A DNA stretch of 64,000 bases from the human T2T-CHM13v2.0 reference genome, Homo sapiens. Shown here in pieces: positions 11,830 to 24,779 of the stretch. Numbering within the stretch: the first letter of the stretch is position 1; every line of letters starts with the position of its first letter. Made by a program: the position numbers and the translations under genes. The stretch lies in assembly GCF_009914755.1 (NCBI RefSeq), contig NC_060942.1; one strand, 5' to 3'. Under the pieces are notes generated by a model. It was not told the origin of the DNA. It saw only the letters and a list, made by a program, of their open reading frames with translations, and made no database searches.

Positions 11830-12530
11830 ACGTTAAGCCAAGGAAACAAAAGAGACAAGGAGTGATACTCCAGCAGGGAGACAAGCTCTGGGACTATTTT
11901 GGCCTGAACCTAAGGTAAAAATGACATAAGAGGCAAGCGGGTGTCTTCTGGCCAAGACATCAAAGCTGCTGCATTTGGAATGTTGTCATGATCCATTTGT
12001 AAAAGGCAGCCATCCTCCAAATGATATGCAGTAACCAGTGAGTATGTTTGCAAAAAGGACTTGGGTGGAAATAGTCAAAATCCATGAATGTATTGCAGCA
12101 ATTATTCTTTTCCCTGGGAGATCAATAATGGATGGGGCAAGGATTGAAGCCAAGAGGATCTAAGGATCATAGGAAATGAGTCCCCAGGGCTTTCCAATGG
12201 AACCCTAGGGTGTTATATTTTTGGACATGGCTACAGTATTTGGAAAGGTAGTTCTTACTAATACAGTTCTGTCCATGTAGAGCTCACAGATCAAAGGATG
12301 GAAGATAGGGGGTTCATGCCAAAAAAGTAGTCTATCAAATGCTTTATTAAGCATGGAAAAATGAGCTTTGGCAAGGATATACTCTCACATGTGCAGAAAA
12401 AGTGATCAAGGTAAAGAAGCCAGTAGAGATCTCTAGAAGCCAGAACTGTGAACATTTTTCAACTGCGATGAAAGGAAAGAACAGACAACCATAATCAGGA
12501 GACATTTTGGGCAATGAAGGATTATGACAT
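11830..12530 (+). mobile_element. Possible decayed Ty3/Gypsy (MamGyp-int-like) integrase relic
   Basis: Manual translation gives ILQQGDKLWDYFGLN...AGVFWP, then PMEP*GVIFLD and KSDQGKE in one frame; many stops. Confidence 0.45.
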
Positions 12531-13159
12531 GAGGCCATTTCCTCAGGGAAAGTTGGTTGTGGTTTGGGAAGTTTGGGCTTTGGAGCTGATGATGGATTTG
12601 GAACAACTAATGCCTGGTGGCAGCCCCTCAATTAGGGAACAACACAGGAATCTGTGGGAAGGGCTGGGTTCCCAAGAAGGCATTTCAACACTTGTCTAAT
12701 AACCTCGTCTCTGGTTTTTTGAGCAGCCCTAAACAACTTGTTCCTGAAATCTAAGTAATGGATTTCTGGGTGTCACCTCTTTGGGTTAGGGAAGTTAAAC
12801 TGATTTCAGTTGCATTGTTAAAATCTTAGGTGTGTCTGAATAACAGCTGTGCTGGTGCCTACTGGAGGACAGAAACATGGCAAAGAGTAAGGGGAAGTGA
12901 TGATATAGAATGTGTAAGGTGGGAATTCAGGAAACAATGACAGCAAAAGTGATTTGAGAAACAAAGCCAAAGGAAAAGGTGAGTAAAAAGAAAAGAAGGA
13001 AGTCCCATCTTCTACAGGGCAAATACCCTGGTTATTTAGCACGGTGCATAAGGCCCTCTTGGTCTGCATTTGCTGCCTGCTGCCTCTAGTGTTGCTGCAT
13101 CATCCCCTTAGTACAAGACAATCTGTAGTTCCCCAAATGGACGATGGGAGGCAGGGTTT

Positions 13160-13700
13160 AATCTGGCCCCAGTGATCTCCACTTCCCAGTAGCCACATCA
13201 CTGTAGAATCCCCTCTCCTGAGTGTGGGCTGGCCCAGCAACTTGCTTCTAACTGTCGGAGAATGACAAGTGATGGGATGTCACTTCCCGTAATTAACTGA
13301 CGGGAGACTGTAGCTTCTGTCTTGCTAGTGGATGCTGTCTGTTGCCTTCCTGGTTTGTGTGCTTTGATGAAGCAAGTGGCTGTGTTGCAGAGGTCCACCT
13401 GGCAAGGGGATGAAAGTGGCCTTTGGCCAACAGCCAGCAAGGAACTAAGGCCCTTTATCCAACAACCCTTGAAGAACTGAAATCTTCTAACAACCACATG
13501 AGCTTGGAAATGGATCCCCGCCTTGACCCTTCAGATGCGACCCCAGCCCTGGCCAGCGCCTCGATTGCCACCTTGTGAGAGATCCTGAAGGATGGATCCA
13601 GCTAAGCCATGACCAGGTGGCTGCCCCAAGACACTGTGGGATCATAACTGTGTGTTGTTTTAAGCCACTCCATTTGTGAGTAATTTGTTAGGTAGTAATA
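13160..13700 (+). mobile_element. MaLR LTR (MLT1F/G-like)
   Basis: tggccccagtgatctccac...gatgggatgtcacttcc...ccaacagccagcaaggaactaaggcc...tgttgttttaagccact. Confidence 0.8.
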
Positions 13701-13719
13701 GGTATTAATGAAGAGTTCT

Positions 13720-14000
13720 TGAAATTTCATGGTCCATGCATTTGCTGTGGTCTTTCTGATTCTTTGGAAAGCCCTTTCCCTCCTTCTCCTTGCCAGCTTG
13801 GTCAACCTCTACTCATTAGGACGTGGTTCAAGCGTGATGTCTTCAGAGAGGTCAGCCGTACTTTCCCCATAACCTGCCTTTACCTGGACTTGAATTATCC
13901 TTTCTTTGTCCCAACCGGGCCTTGCATAGACTTTTATCACAGCACATAAGCCTATAATGCAATTTTCTCTTTTCCTATCAATCTCCATAAACATTGGAAG
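13720..14000 (+). mobile_element. L2 fragment
   Basis: catgcatttgctgtggtctttctg...gatgtcttcagagaggtc. Confidence 0.5.
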
Positions 14001-14221
14001 CAAATAGCTCCCTGCTTTCCTGGAAGGTAAAAATGTTTTCACTGTGATAGACTTTTCAGAAACACATGAAATCAGCTTTGCTAATCATGAAAGAGACAGA
14101 TATTCCATTTGTTCTGTGACAGGGTAAAGATGGCATGTTTTTCATGGGGAAAGCAATGAAATGCTCAGCACTCCTGTAGCCAACTCAGCACTCCTTGCTC
14201 CCTGCATTTTGGTTAGTGTTT

Positions 14222-14531
14222 TTATTTTTCATTTATTTTTATTTTTTAGAGTCAAAATTTCACTCTGTCACCCAGGCTGGAGTGTAGTGGACCACCATGG
14301 CTCACTGCAGCCTCAACTTTCTAAGCTCAAGCCATCCTCCCACATCAGTCTCCTGAGTAGCTGGGACTACAGGCATGTGCCACCATGCCTGGCTAATTTA
14401 ATTTTTTTTTTTTTGTAGAGGTGGGGTCTCACTATGTTGCCCAGGCTTGTCTCAAACTCCTGGCCTCAAGCAACCCTCCTGCTTCAGCCACCCAAAGCAC
14501 TAGGATTACAGGTGTGAGCCACTGTGCCTGG
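14222..14531 (-). mobile_element. Alu (AluJ-like)
   Basis: cactctgtcacccaggctggagtgtagtgg...gctcaagccatcctcccac...ggattacaggtgtgagccactgtgcctgg. Confidence 0.95.
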
Positions 14532-15289
14532 TGAATTTTGGTGAGTTTACTCCTATGCTCAGCTCCCTATTGGGTACTGAGCATGCACCTTGACAAGAGT
14601 GGCACTCATCTCTAGACACCTGGCACCCTATGTTTAGCACAGAGTACAGTCATTAGTAAATGCTAATTAGGGATGAAGGCATGAAAAAATGAAGGAAATG
14701 ATTGAATGAATGTATAATGAAAAAAGACATGTGTCTCAATTTGGGGCTTCTTGGTGCTAGGAGGTGGGAGGAAGGGTCTTGCAGATTTCCTGTAGCCCAG
14801 ACTCAAGGCATATCCTTAGAGCTGGTCAGGGATTGATGTGAGCAATTCCAGGGTAAGGCCCATGCAGGAGTTCCTGGGGTACAGGGAGGATAAGGGGTTA
14901 AGGAGCAATGGAAAGGGCCTAGCCAAGGCTGGAGGTGAGTGGCAATGGGGGCTGGGAGGGAGGCAGACAGACAAGGGAGGTACCCCGGCCCCATAGTCCT
15001 TTGGAGAGAACCAGACAGAGAGAGAAAGAGGAGAGACGGCAGGGGCATCTGGAAGGAGATTCGGTACACACAGGTGGGCCCCACCCATTAGATAATGCAG
15101 GATGATGGTCTTGGGACACAGCTCAGCACCTTGAGCTTTCCTTGCACTTTGTAAAGCTATTGTGTGCCCCTGGCTTTACATTCTTTGTGATTCCATGTGC
15201 TAGAAATTATTTGTTTGTTTACGGCTCACTGTTTCTACAACATCTGTCTGGTTTAACATTGCAGCCTGAGTGTTCAGCAGCACGGGGGG

Positions 15290-15940
15290 CCCACTGCTTG
15301 GTCTACACCCAAAAGAAAGGGAATCCCTGTTTGGAGGGATGTCTGCACCCCGGGCTCATGGCAGCACTGTTCACCACAGTCAAGGCGTGGAAGCAATCTA
15401 AGTTCCATCAACAGATGAATGGATAAAGAAGAATATATAATACACAATGGAGTACTCTTCAGCCATAAAAGAAGAAAGACATTCTGTCATTTGTGACAAT
15501 GTGAGTGAACCTGGGAGATATCATATTAAGTGAAATAAGCTAGGCACAGAAAGACAAATACCATGTGATCTCACTTATATGCAGAAACTAAAAAAATTGA
15601 ATTCATAGAAGCAGAGGGTAAAATGGGTAAAATGATGGCTACTAGGGACTGGGGGAGGGAGACGTTGGTCAAAGGGCATACAATTTCAGTTAGACAGGAG
15701 GAGTGATCAAGAGGTCTATTGTGCAAAATGATGATTATAGTTAATGAATTATATACTCGAAAATTGCCAAGAGAGTAGATTTTAAGTGCTCTTACCACAA
15801 AAACGTAAGTATTTGAGGGAGTGGATATGTTAATTAGCTTAGCATAGCCATTATACAACATATATGTATTTCAAAACACGTTGAATGCAATAAATTATAC
15901 AATTTTTGTTTGTCAATTAAAAAATAAATAAATTTAAAAA
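15290..15940 (+). mobile_element. L1MA-type 3' end with A-rich tail
   Basis: ccatcaacagatgaatggataaagaa...aagtgaaataagctaggcacagaaagacaaatac...tttgtcaattaaaaaataaataaa. Confidence 0.9.
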
Positions 15941-17062
15941 GTGAAAATGAAACCCAAGTGCTCTTGTATTGAGAGCATTGGGTGGAGGTAGCACTGGAAA
16001 AGAGAAAATAAAGTGCAGACTGGCCCTGAGGGGCCCTTTCTGGGGGAGCATAGCCCCAATCCATTTTTTTTTGTCCTGGGACGGCAGAACTCCCTGGCAG
16101 GAACGCCTTGCTTTCCTGTGCATTCCACAAGCTCTGACAATCATCTGATAAGCACCAAGCCTTTCACTGAAACGGGGATACTAGGACAGGGCACTATGAG
16201 CTTCCTGACCCTCAGGAGCTCACTGTCTGCTCGGTGGGAGAGTGGGAGGGTGAGGAGGGCCGATGCCCGCAGAGAGCAGGGTCAGATAGACAATTCTGGG
16301 CTGGCTCCCTCTGTTCTTTAGAGGGGGCCGTGCCAAGCCTGCCAACTTGGGCTGCAGGGCGTTGTCAGGGAAAACTTCCTGGAGAAGTTGGCCCCGGGGT
16401 CAGGCCTGAGGAACAAAGACGAGCTAGAGAGGGAGTGGAGAGGACTGGGGAGTGGAAGCAGTAACGGAGGCCCGCGGGGTCCCCAAGGGCTGGGCGCAGG
16501 CAGTCAGCAGGACAGATCGAGCCTAGCTCCCCTGTCTTGGTGGGGACTCTGGCAAGGAAGAATAGTGGTGGGCGCTTTGCTGAGCCTGGGGCTGGAAGAG
16601 CGTGGAGCAACCTGCAGGGGCTTCAGGTGCAAAGGGAGGAGGGCCTGAGCTGAGGGACTGGGCTGTGGAGGAACGGGGGTGATGGGGGAGGCTTCTCTTT
16701 GGGGCGTGTGAGCAGGTGGAAGGGGAGCATTTCATGTCCCGGCCTGAGACAGGACTGGCTGTGCACCCAGTCCAGAGACAGACTCAAACTTCACCTAATC
16801 CCAGGTCAGGGCTCCTCAGGGTTCTGAGTGGGCACTGGGCAGTCTGGCTCTTGACCTGAAATGACTTAATGCCCGGGGTGCTAAAGGACATTTCAAAGCA
16901 TTGGCCTTTCAGAGTCGAGGGGACCTTGGCCCTGCCACTGATGACATGATGCTTGTCATGAGAAGTGACTGGCCCTGGTCGGTGCCTTCTGTGGGGAATG
17001 CCCATTGTGCTGCTTGTGTCCTTGTGTGAGGTCATCTCAGTCCCAGGGAGAGATGAGCCCTC

Positions 17063-17063
<1 letters not shown>

Positions 17064-17117
<54 letters not shown>

Positions 17118-17162
17118 ATCTATCTATCTATCTATCATCGATCTATGTATCCATCCATCCAT
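17064..17162. repeat. Compound tetranucleotide STR (TCTA)13 TCA (TCTA)4 ... (TCCA)3
   Basis: Read directly from the sequence. Confidence 0.97.
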
Positions 17163-17564
17163 TATCTAACATTGATTTATCTTACCACCACTCAGGCCCT
17201 TACCTAATCACATTTTCTGAGCTTACTTGCTTCCTAGGAATCTCTAAAATTTCTAAAAATCTAAAGTCTAAATTTCTAAAAGTCTAAAATTTCTAAAGTC
17301 TGTTTCAATTTTTGCCAACTTTCCATGACTCAGAAGATATGAATTCCCTTACTACAGACAAATTTGGGAAGGGACCATTTCTTTCCACCCCAGGGTTCTT
17401 GAGCACATCTTCCAGGGAGTCTCAGAGAAACTTATCACTTCTCCAGAGTTGTTCACGAATGTCAGATCTAGAATGAGGAGCCGAGTTCCTCGGCTCTTAT
17501 GCATCTATAAGCAAGCATTTCCTCAACATTCTGCAGTGCTCACCCACCGCTCCTGAACCAGGGG

Positions 17565-17590
17565 ACACACACACACACACACACACACAC
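17565..17590. repeat. (CA)n microsatellite
   Basis: acacacacacacacacacacacacac. Confidence 0.95.
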
Positions 17591-19014
17591 CCCACACCCC
17601 TCTTCAAAGAAAACTGCAACCGATAAAAGTTTCTTTTAGCAACACAGAGAATGTCACAAGGTCCTACATGATTAAATGCCCAATGGTTGGTGCAGACAGA
17701 AATTGAGAGGAGGAAGAGATGCTACTAGTGGAGTCAGCCTGGGAGGAAGGACATCATGGAGAAGGGAGAGAGAAAACAGTGATGAAACTGGAGCAATTGC
17801 ATAATTTGGCTGGTGCCATGGAGATGCATATATCACAGCTCTTCAACACAGGACTCAAACCTCCAGGGACAACTTTGAATTTGATCTGCAGCCTCCAGAG
17901 CTTGGGGGCACCTCCCAGGGGATGCAGCTACATAAGTGGTGAACTCTACCCCTCAGCTGGCCATCCAGGGACACGTGCGTTGGTGGACCACATGAGACCC
18001 TTTGGAAAGCCCCAACTGGTTGCCAGATCGCCTGAGAATTCCAACTCCTACTCTAATATTCAGAGCTGCTACTCGTGATGATAGTGGTGTATCCCTTTTG
18101 ATGTTAAGTGCATACCAACCCCTTCCTAAGAGTTCCTTCCCTGCTCCTTCCTGCGGTTTCTGTTTCCTCCCTGAGGCTGGGGCACCAGTACCTGCCCACA
18201 CCATCAGCACAAGTGTCACTTCCTTGCCCAGATGAAAGGGAGTCTGCTTCTGTCTTTTAGTTTAAGAACAGAAATGGGTTGCTATTTTTAGCTTTGCATG
18301 GGAAAATCCAAGGGAGCATGGAGAAAATGGATCAGCCAGATCAGCCAAAAATCTTTTCTGGGGCAGCTGCCATCTCAGCTGATATGGAGCAAAAGAGGAG
18401 AGAAGGGAGGTAGAGATGTCTCAGTCACTCCATTAAACACTGCAAGGCCCTCCCTAGAGCACCCTGGTCATTAGGGAAAGTGTGGAACTGAATCATTCTT
18501 GGTAAGGCAGACATTCTTTGCCTGCTATAGGCAATGAGGAAGGACAAGAAAGGCAGAGATGAGAGATGTGTTGTTCTCCCAAAACAGTGAATCCAATCAG
18601 CAAGGGGTTTAGAGATGGGTGGCCTGTAAATGGGCTCAAGGGAGGATGGGAGGTGGCCCAGGGGAGGGGTCCAGTTACAGGTGATAAAAAGAAGCCCGAT
18701 CAGACAGATAGAAGGTTTGGGGATGGGGGACTGGAGGCAGGCCAAGCAATCTGTCCCCATCAAAGAGCAAAGGGAGTAGGTAGAGCCCAGAGAGAGGCAC
18801 AGAGACAGGGTGGGGATGGGAAGAGGAGAACCAAGGAGGTGCTCTGTGTGTTAGGTAGTGGGGGTCCCGGAGCCTGCAGGTGGGAACTGTCTCCAGCTAT
18901 TGGGATGAAATAGGGGGCAACTTTAAGCCTTAGAGGAAAGGGTAAAGCAGGGTAGGCACTGCCAGAAGAAATCACGTGCCAGGCTATTGATTTGGTCTTG
19001 GAGAGGCAGCATGA

Positions 19015-19215
19015 CTTATTAGAGTGTGAGCTTTTAGGCAGACCTGGGATCAGATTCCTATTATGATTCTTATTAGCCGAGTGAGCTTGAGCAAATTGCT
19101 GAGCCCCTCTCTACCTCAGCTTGCCCATCCATATCTTGCAGGATGAGGGCAGTTGTCTTCAAATGGCTTTACCAGAATTAGACTTATGGAGAGCGTTGTG
19201 CTTTGTGGGAAAGCT
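19015..19215 (+). mobile_element. MIR SINE
   Basis: ggcagacctgggatcagattcc...gtgagcttgagcaaattgctgagcccctctctacctcag. Confidence 0.7.
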
Positions 19216-21334
19216 GTGTTGTCCTGTGCTGACGCCCCAAGACACTGGTGGCAGGGGACGGTAGGGTCTGTGCAGGGTGCATTGTGTCCTCTCTTCTTGA
19301 TCCTTCAAATATTCAAGGCTTCTAAACGATTTGGTGTGAAGGAATCTTTTGTGATCACCAGAGGAAGGGCTCAAGGCTGTGTCAGGATTGACTTTGGACA
19401 AAGAGGCAGTAGCTACACATGAACGGAGGCAGGGCACATCCGGCTTCCAAGTTACAGGCAACAAAGGGATGAATGATAGCAGCCTCTTCGAGGAGCATCT
19501 GTGAGGAGAGGTGGGCCTAGTGCCCTCAGCCAAGTGCCTGGCATGACGTTGGCACTAAGTAAATCAGAGTTACTCACTAGCCATGGAAGCCGACCCACAG
19601 GAGTTAGAGGGAAATCCACTGTCTGGCTTCTAGGAGGGGCTCTGGGCACTCCCACAAAGAATGAAGTGGAAGCCCATATAGGGACCTAGGGCTAGGTGGG
19701 GTGAGTCAGTTCCGGGACCACCCCATGCTGAGTCTGACCAACCCCAGCCCAGGACCAGGCTGTGTGTAGAGCGAGGGGCATGGCTTTGCCACCTGCAACA
19801 GCATGTGGGCACATATGCTGCTTCTAATCTTTCTTGAATTTGATGCCAGATTAGGAAAAAAAAATGATGACTACTTTATTGGATGCCGGATTGGGAAAAA
19901 AATTATAACTACCTGAAAATGATTTAAATGTTCACGTATTAAAACCAAACCTATGGGATTAAATAGACATTTAATCCCTCAGAAATTTCTAGTTGTTTCT
20001 CATTGGAGGGACACCGGGGCAAAGTTTTATTTTTCCTTTTGGTTTATTTAAAGCCCTTATTTTCAAGTTTTTAATTAAACTTTCTCATTTCTTTTAATGG
20101 GGCAATGTAGCAATGTGAAATATTGAAATGTAAACCTAAGGTTGAAGGTCACAAAGAATAATGTGCAAATGATTTCATACGATTCCCAGCACGATTAACT
20201 GCAGAAAGCCACCCTGCAGCAGGCTGGGGTTTCTCCTCTCCACTTGGAAACTTTGGAAACTTTTTCCTTTGATAAATACCTGCCACAGGAAATTAGGCTT
20301 ACTGATCTTTTACAACTTTATCTTTTTAAAAATGTAAATAGACACACCCCAAACATAATTTTCTCCCTCCAAGTGCATTTGGAGAGCCTGCTGCATTCTT
20401 GTGAAAGCTGGAACTGTATCCCATGCCATCCTTTCCCTGACACGTTCTGTCCCTGAATGAGGTTATCTTCCTCCCAGCATGCAATGAGGCCACAGGATGA
20501 CAGTCACAAGCATCAGGCTTTGAATTCATGGGGTTGGCGATGGGCTCCTTCTTGAATGTGAAAAATTAAACATCTCTTTTTTATTAGAAATCTCCCATCA
20601 GGGTTGGAACTTTTCCGAGTGTATGCCCTTAACTCTGAGGAGCCCGGCTATGATGGAAATAGCGTGTGTGTGAATGGCTGGGCTGAAGTGTGACAGGTGT
20701 TACTGCTTCCAGCGCAATGCTTATTGTTGTCATGAGCTTTGGGAACCCTGTCTGGCATAGGTGGGCTTCCCCAGATGGAGACTCTGACACAGGGACAGTC
20801 ATGCAGATTATTTTTCTATGAGTGCTCCCATGAAAGACCAGCAGACATGAGCAACATGAGACAGGCCAGGGAAGGGGCCCAGCAAGGGGGTGACACGAAG
20901 CAAAGTCCTGCAGCAGAGCTCCGAGAACAGGGCAGGTCATGCATCCCTGTCATCAGCTCTTGGGTAGGGGATGGAGAATTTAATCCTCCCCTGGGGGGCT
21001 GCAAATTCCCAGGCCCATCCTGTGTGCAGATACAGTGGGCTCTGGCATCTGGGGGCAGCCTCCTACTGAGACAGCCCTGCCAGCTGTGGGGACAGACGGC
21101 ACTGGGAAATGGCCACTAGAAGCAGGTGCTCAGTGACGGCCACCCCTTCCCAAAAGGGAGACAGCTGGGCCTCTGTGTGACTCTCATGTCTCTTCATGTC
21201 TCCAGAAGTGTCTCATTTGTTTCAAGATATGAGCAAACACTACTTCAACTTACAGACAGAAGAAGAAATTGCTGACACCAAGTAGTAGCCAGCTCCACTG
21301 GAATCTGCTATCTTGTTGTTAAAAGAGCGTTCAA

Positions 21335-21664
<330 letters not shown>

Positions 21665-21949
21665 CTAGGTTTCCTCTCTCCTTCTTCAAGGAAGTTCAAC
21701 CAAATTGGGATGCACTGACTCTGCCCTGGTTCCAGGGAGTGGCTTGCAGATGTTTCTGGCAGCGCTTACTGCCTGTCACCAAGGGTTCTCTCTCACAGGC
21801 ATTCTCTCTTCCCTTGCTCTCTCACAGTCTTCTCCTCTGCCCTTCCTCCTCTGTAAGCGTGGCATTCCAGGTTCTTCCTGATCCATTCCTGCTTACCCCT
21901 CTGCCTTCATCCCACACCACTCCAGGCGCATTTGATGAATGCAGCATAC

Positions 21950-22430
21950 CTGTATAAGCACCTACTTTGTGCCTGCCACTGCTTCTGGCACAGAGATACA
22001 GAGGCAAGCAATGTGAATACTATTCCTGCTTCCACAGAGCTTGGGGGCCAGGGTGGAATACAAACAAATAAACAGGTGGTGACAAGGTAGTGTGATAAGT
22101 GTCAGGTACCCATGTACAGGGTGCTATGGGAACCAGTAAATGGAATGCCACCTGGACTTGGTGGGCCAGGGATGCTTCCCAGAGGAAGGAACATTTCCTT
22201 AGGGACCTGGAAAGTGAGTTGACATGAGCCAGATGAGGGTGGGAGGGTGGGCAGAGTGTTCCAGACAGCATATGCCAAGGCTGAGGCATGAAAGGAAGAG
22301 TTCCATATGGTGAGAAGACAGAAGATGTGCTGGGAAGAGGTAGAGAGGGGGCTGGAGGCATAGGCTGAGGCTGGACCCCACAGGGCCTTGGAAGCCAGCT
22401 CAGCAAGGCTGCAGAGCCACTAGCAGACCT
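21950..22430 (-). mobile_element. L2 fragment
   Basis: gcacctactttgtgcctgccactg...gcttcccagaggaagg...gtgttccagacagca. Confidence 0.7.
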
Positions 22431-22937
22431 TTGTAGGCCGACAGGCTTCCTAACCTCTGGGCCTTATCCAGGGATGGGGTCCCTCCAGTTCCAGTGCCCT
22501 TGAAATGGCAGGTGACCCATATGCTATAGTGTGTATCACACCACACTCTGAATGCCTGTTTGCTTGCTTGTCTCTCCCATCTGTTCAGTGGGTAAGTTGA
22601 GGGCAGGGCTAACTTTCATGCCCAGCATCAAGCACAGGGCCTGGCTCGACCTTGCCAAGGAGGCCACTGGCCTTCCTGGGAGACTGGGGTTTGGGGCCAG
22701 CTGCAGACTGGCTGACAAGGAAAGCAATAGGCAGAGAGAGGAGAAGCAGAGAGGGACAGAATATTGAGAGAGCGTGAAGAAGTAGAAAAAGGAAAGGAAA
22801 TGGAAAATTGCCCTCAGCATTTTGGGCTTCTTAAAGGAAGAGAATAAAAGTATAATTCTTAATTTCTCTCTCTTTCTAATCATCTCTTCCCCCCTCCCCC
22901 CCCACCCCCGCCTCTCTCTTTCTTTCATTCAGCTGGA

Positions 22938-23042
22938 TCTCCCTATGTTGCCCATGCTGGGCTGGAACTCCTGGGCTCCAGTGATCCTCCTGCCTCAGCC
23001 TCCTGAGTGCTGGGATTAGAGGCTGAGCCACTGCACCCAGCT
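22938..23042 (-). mobile_element. Alu left monomer (FLAM-like)
   Basis: tctccctatgttgccc...aactcctgggctccagtgatcctcctgcctcagcc...gagccactgcacccagc. Confidence 0.9.
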
Positions 23043-23065
23043 TAAAAGTGCCATTCTTACTACAG

Positions 23066-23152
23066 CTGGAAGTGAACCACAGCAAATCACCTTCAAAACA
23101 AAAGGACACCGAAGATAAGTCAGTGCATAAAAGAACCACAGGCTGAGCCAAG
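23066..23152 (+). ncRNA. Candidate non-coding exon (87 nt)
   Basis: Acceptor ccattcttactacag| and donor AAG|gtaaga; stop codons in all three frames. Confidence 0.3.
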
Positions 23153-23584
23153 GTAAGAGGCCCTTTAGTGGAGGGCTGAGTAATGGTGGCGACTTGGGCC
23201 TCTGCCCATCAGTTAAGAGCATGACTCCTGTGGCTCCTTCAAGCAATCAGGATGGTAAGAACCCACTGCAGAACTGTGGTTTGCTTTTACGGTTTTAATT
23301 AAATTAAATTAACTATAATAACCAGGGCTTCTGTGTGTTTCACTTTCCAAATCAAAACGGCCTATTGTAGCTGTCGGGCACAGCGTTTCTGAGCTGAAAA
23401 TCTAAGTTGCGTGTGTTGGTGCTTTTTTTTTCTTCCTTTACTAGAAGTGCAGGCTGATCTTTTGAGAGCTGAATTACAGTAATAGGAATGGAAATGAGTT
23501 ACTGATGGCAGCTCTGAATCCCTAATACTGTCACTTCTTCCCATCTGTGCGCCCGAGGCATTGGCCATCATTCTGGGTAAAATG

Positions 23585-23760
23585 CAGGGCTAGAGCTCCA
23601 GCTAGGAGTCAGGAGACTTGAGCTTGAAACCCAGCTGTCTCCTTTATTAGTTTCAAGATCATGGACAAAAAACCTATGGAATAGTCCTAAATCCATAGAG
23701 TGGGAATGATGATAATACTTACTTTTCAGGTTATTTGAGGATCAAATGTTGCTCATGCAG
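23585..23760 (+). mobile_element. MIR SINE
   Basis: ctaggagtcaggagacttgagcttgaaacccagct...gggaatgatgataatact...gaggatcaaatg. Confidence 0.65.
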
Positions 23761-24411
23761 CACCAGCTGATGCCAGATATTCCTCAAGGGCTTAACAGAC
23801 CAACCAGTGATATATGTGAAAAGGTTCACAAAATCCCTCTTGTTTTCTGAGTGGGGAAGGCAAGAGTGCTTTGCTGGGAAAGGGAAAGCCCCTCTGCTCT
23901 CCCCATCCACCTTTTGGTAGGTGCCTTTGCCATTAACCCCCCAATAAGTGTTCATTTGCTCCAGGATTACAAGGGGTGTTGCAGGTGGAGCGCTGGTCTA
24001 GCTCCCCCAACTCATCGCTGTTGTTCTTGGGCTGAGCTGACATTGCTGCCCTTCACTCTGGCTTTTTAGAGTCAGTTCTGCCCCCATAATGATAAGACTT
24101 TCCCTCCCGGGGCCCCTGATGTTTGTTCTCCCCCATGGCCACCTCTTAGGTCTTGCCTGCGTGTGGTTTTCTTCCTCCCAGCATGCAGTGAGGCCACAGG
24201 ATGACAAACAAGCACCAGGGTTTGAATTCATGGGGTTGGTGGCGGGCTTCTTCTTGAGTGTGAAAAATTAAACATCTTTTTTTTCATTAGAGATCCCCCA
24301 TGAGGGGGATTATACAGCACTTGCTGTGCTTTCCTTCCTTAGCACCACTGTCTCCACTCAAATCAGCTGTGGCCCCAAATGCTCTGGACCTCACGGTTGA
24401 TACAAGACAGA

Positions 24412-24760
24412 TACAGCCCTCAGTCCCTTTCCACATCCGAAACCCACGAAGCCTTGAACGCTGCAAGGTTTTTGTTGTTGTTGTTTGTTTTTGTTCTTTT
24501 TTTTTTTTTAAATAACACACTTGGTGCCCAAACCTGAACTCCCATGAAGCTATTATAACCTTCATTTGCCCACTTAAAGAGCCAAACATGTTGCTGCAGA
24601 ATTATTAATATGTTTGTTTACAGGATGACACCTAAGACTCCTAGACCCTACTGGGGAGTTAGATAAAACAAGATATGCACTGATCTATTGTTCTAAAATT
24701 GGAAAGAGTCTGAATTCCAAACACACTTGGACCCTTGCATTTCAGAAAGTGACCATGCAC
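24412..24760. mobile_element. Non-autonomous DNA transposon (MER96B-like)
   Basis: gctgcagaaattattaatatgtttg...tctgaattccaaacacacttgg; same family as 50030-50348. Name from memory. Confidence 0.5.
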
Positions 24761-24779
24761 CCATAACAATGGCTAGTCT

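Noticed and set aside
13076-13095. CTCF-like motifs (also ~21111-21127)
   Set aside because: They are only partial matches to the core and cannot be supported without PWM scoring or ChIP data.
14161-14418. Alu-derived ORFs (also 21331-21649, 38140-38594, 39415-39806, 55077-55401)
   Set aside because: They are the familiar translations of Alu sequence, not genes.
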